Below are positions 62,748-64,000 of a stretch of 64,000 nucleotides of DNA, in pieces. The notes below the pieces were generated by a model. It saw only the letters and a program-made list of their open reading frames with translations, was not told the origin of the DNA and ran no database searches. The stretch's first letter is position 1. Each line of letters starts with the position of its first letter. Origin of the DNA: Lama glama (lineage: Eukaryota); the NCBI GenBank assembly GCA_028534125.1, contig CM052817.1:932001-996000 (forward strand). Direction: 5' to 3'. The position numbers and the translations under genes are program-made.

Positions 62748-63292
62748 GTGCGGGCGCGTGGAGGGGCGGCGGGGCGCGCGGGGAGGGGCGGGCCCGGACG
62801 CGGGCTCCTCACCCGGGGGCTTTCACCCCTCTGTGGTTGGAGTCCCAGCGTTTCTGCCGCTGGCTCAGTGGGGGGGGGGGTCAGAGTTTTCCTGCCCTAA
62901 TCGCCATCTTAAAGGGTCCTGATTTTAGGAGGGGAGGCTTTGAGTCGTTCATGGTCCGCCATGTAGGAAGAAGCGTTCTGAAGTCAGACGGTATCTGCGC
63001 TGTGCTGCGTTAGGTCTGCGGGACCAGCCGGGGGCATCTGCTGCCCGGGGGAGGCCGCTAAGCATGGCCCCGCGCCCGGGACAGCCGCCCGCGGGCCCGC
63101 AGCGCCCGGGCCGCGAAACCTGGGTCTGCCGTGTTTCAGAGGACAGCATTTCAGCGCTTGGCGGTTTTCTGACGGCGTCTTGAGCCACCTTTGCCTTGAG
63201 GAAATGCGTCTCTGTGACGTCGGCCGTGTTCTCACGCTCCCTTCTCTTGACCTTCTCACCAAATGTCAGCTTTATTTCAGCACCGGTGTTAG

Positions 63293-63700
<408 letters not shown>

Positions 63701-63829
63701 TAAGTTACCTGTGATCAGTTCCCAGACTTAGGGGATATCGTTAGCGGTGGCAGTAAGATCTGCTCTTGTGTGTACAGGCCAGGTTAGACTGTGAGAGCTG
63801 TGGGTGGCGGGGCCGTGGCGGCCGGCTGA

Positions 63830-64000
<171 letters not shown>

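Overview
Mammalian genomic DNA, probably camelid: two tRNA-derived SINEs resemble the Vic-1 family (inference). The window holds the 5' two-thirds of NSD2 (WHSC1/MMSET, H3K36 dimethyltransferase) on the + strand. It has a CpG-island promoter and non-coding exon 1 (~7.6-7.9 kb), a ~20.8 kb repeat-rich intron 1, and 13 coding exons (28815-64000, ~871 codons) with GT-AG boundaries and consistent phases. These encode PWWP1, the HMG box, PHD1-4 and the start of PWWP2; the SET domain lies beyond the window. The MMSET-I-type alternative terminal exon and its long 3' UTR are also present. Best observations: (1) the position of the human start codon is GTG here and is followed by a 1-nt frameshift, so translation should start at the equivalent of human Met21; (2) a splice-spanning uORF could be rewired by a tandem acceptor or a candidate 14-nt microexon; (3) a 51-bp inverted duplication marks a micro-inversion in intron 1; (4) an orphan CpG-island promoter sits beside a compact minus-strand 61-codon ORF; (5) a SINE is inserted 30 nt from a coding-exon acceptor. 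Human comparisons are from memory, not computed alignments, and repeat subfamily names and boundaries are by eye. I found no wholly new biological system; the novel items are hypotheses to test.
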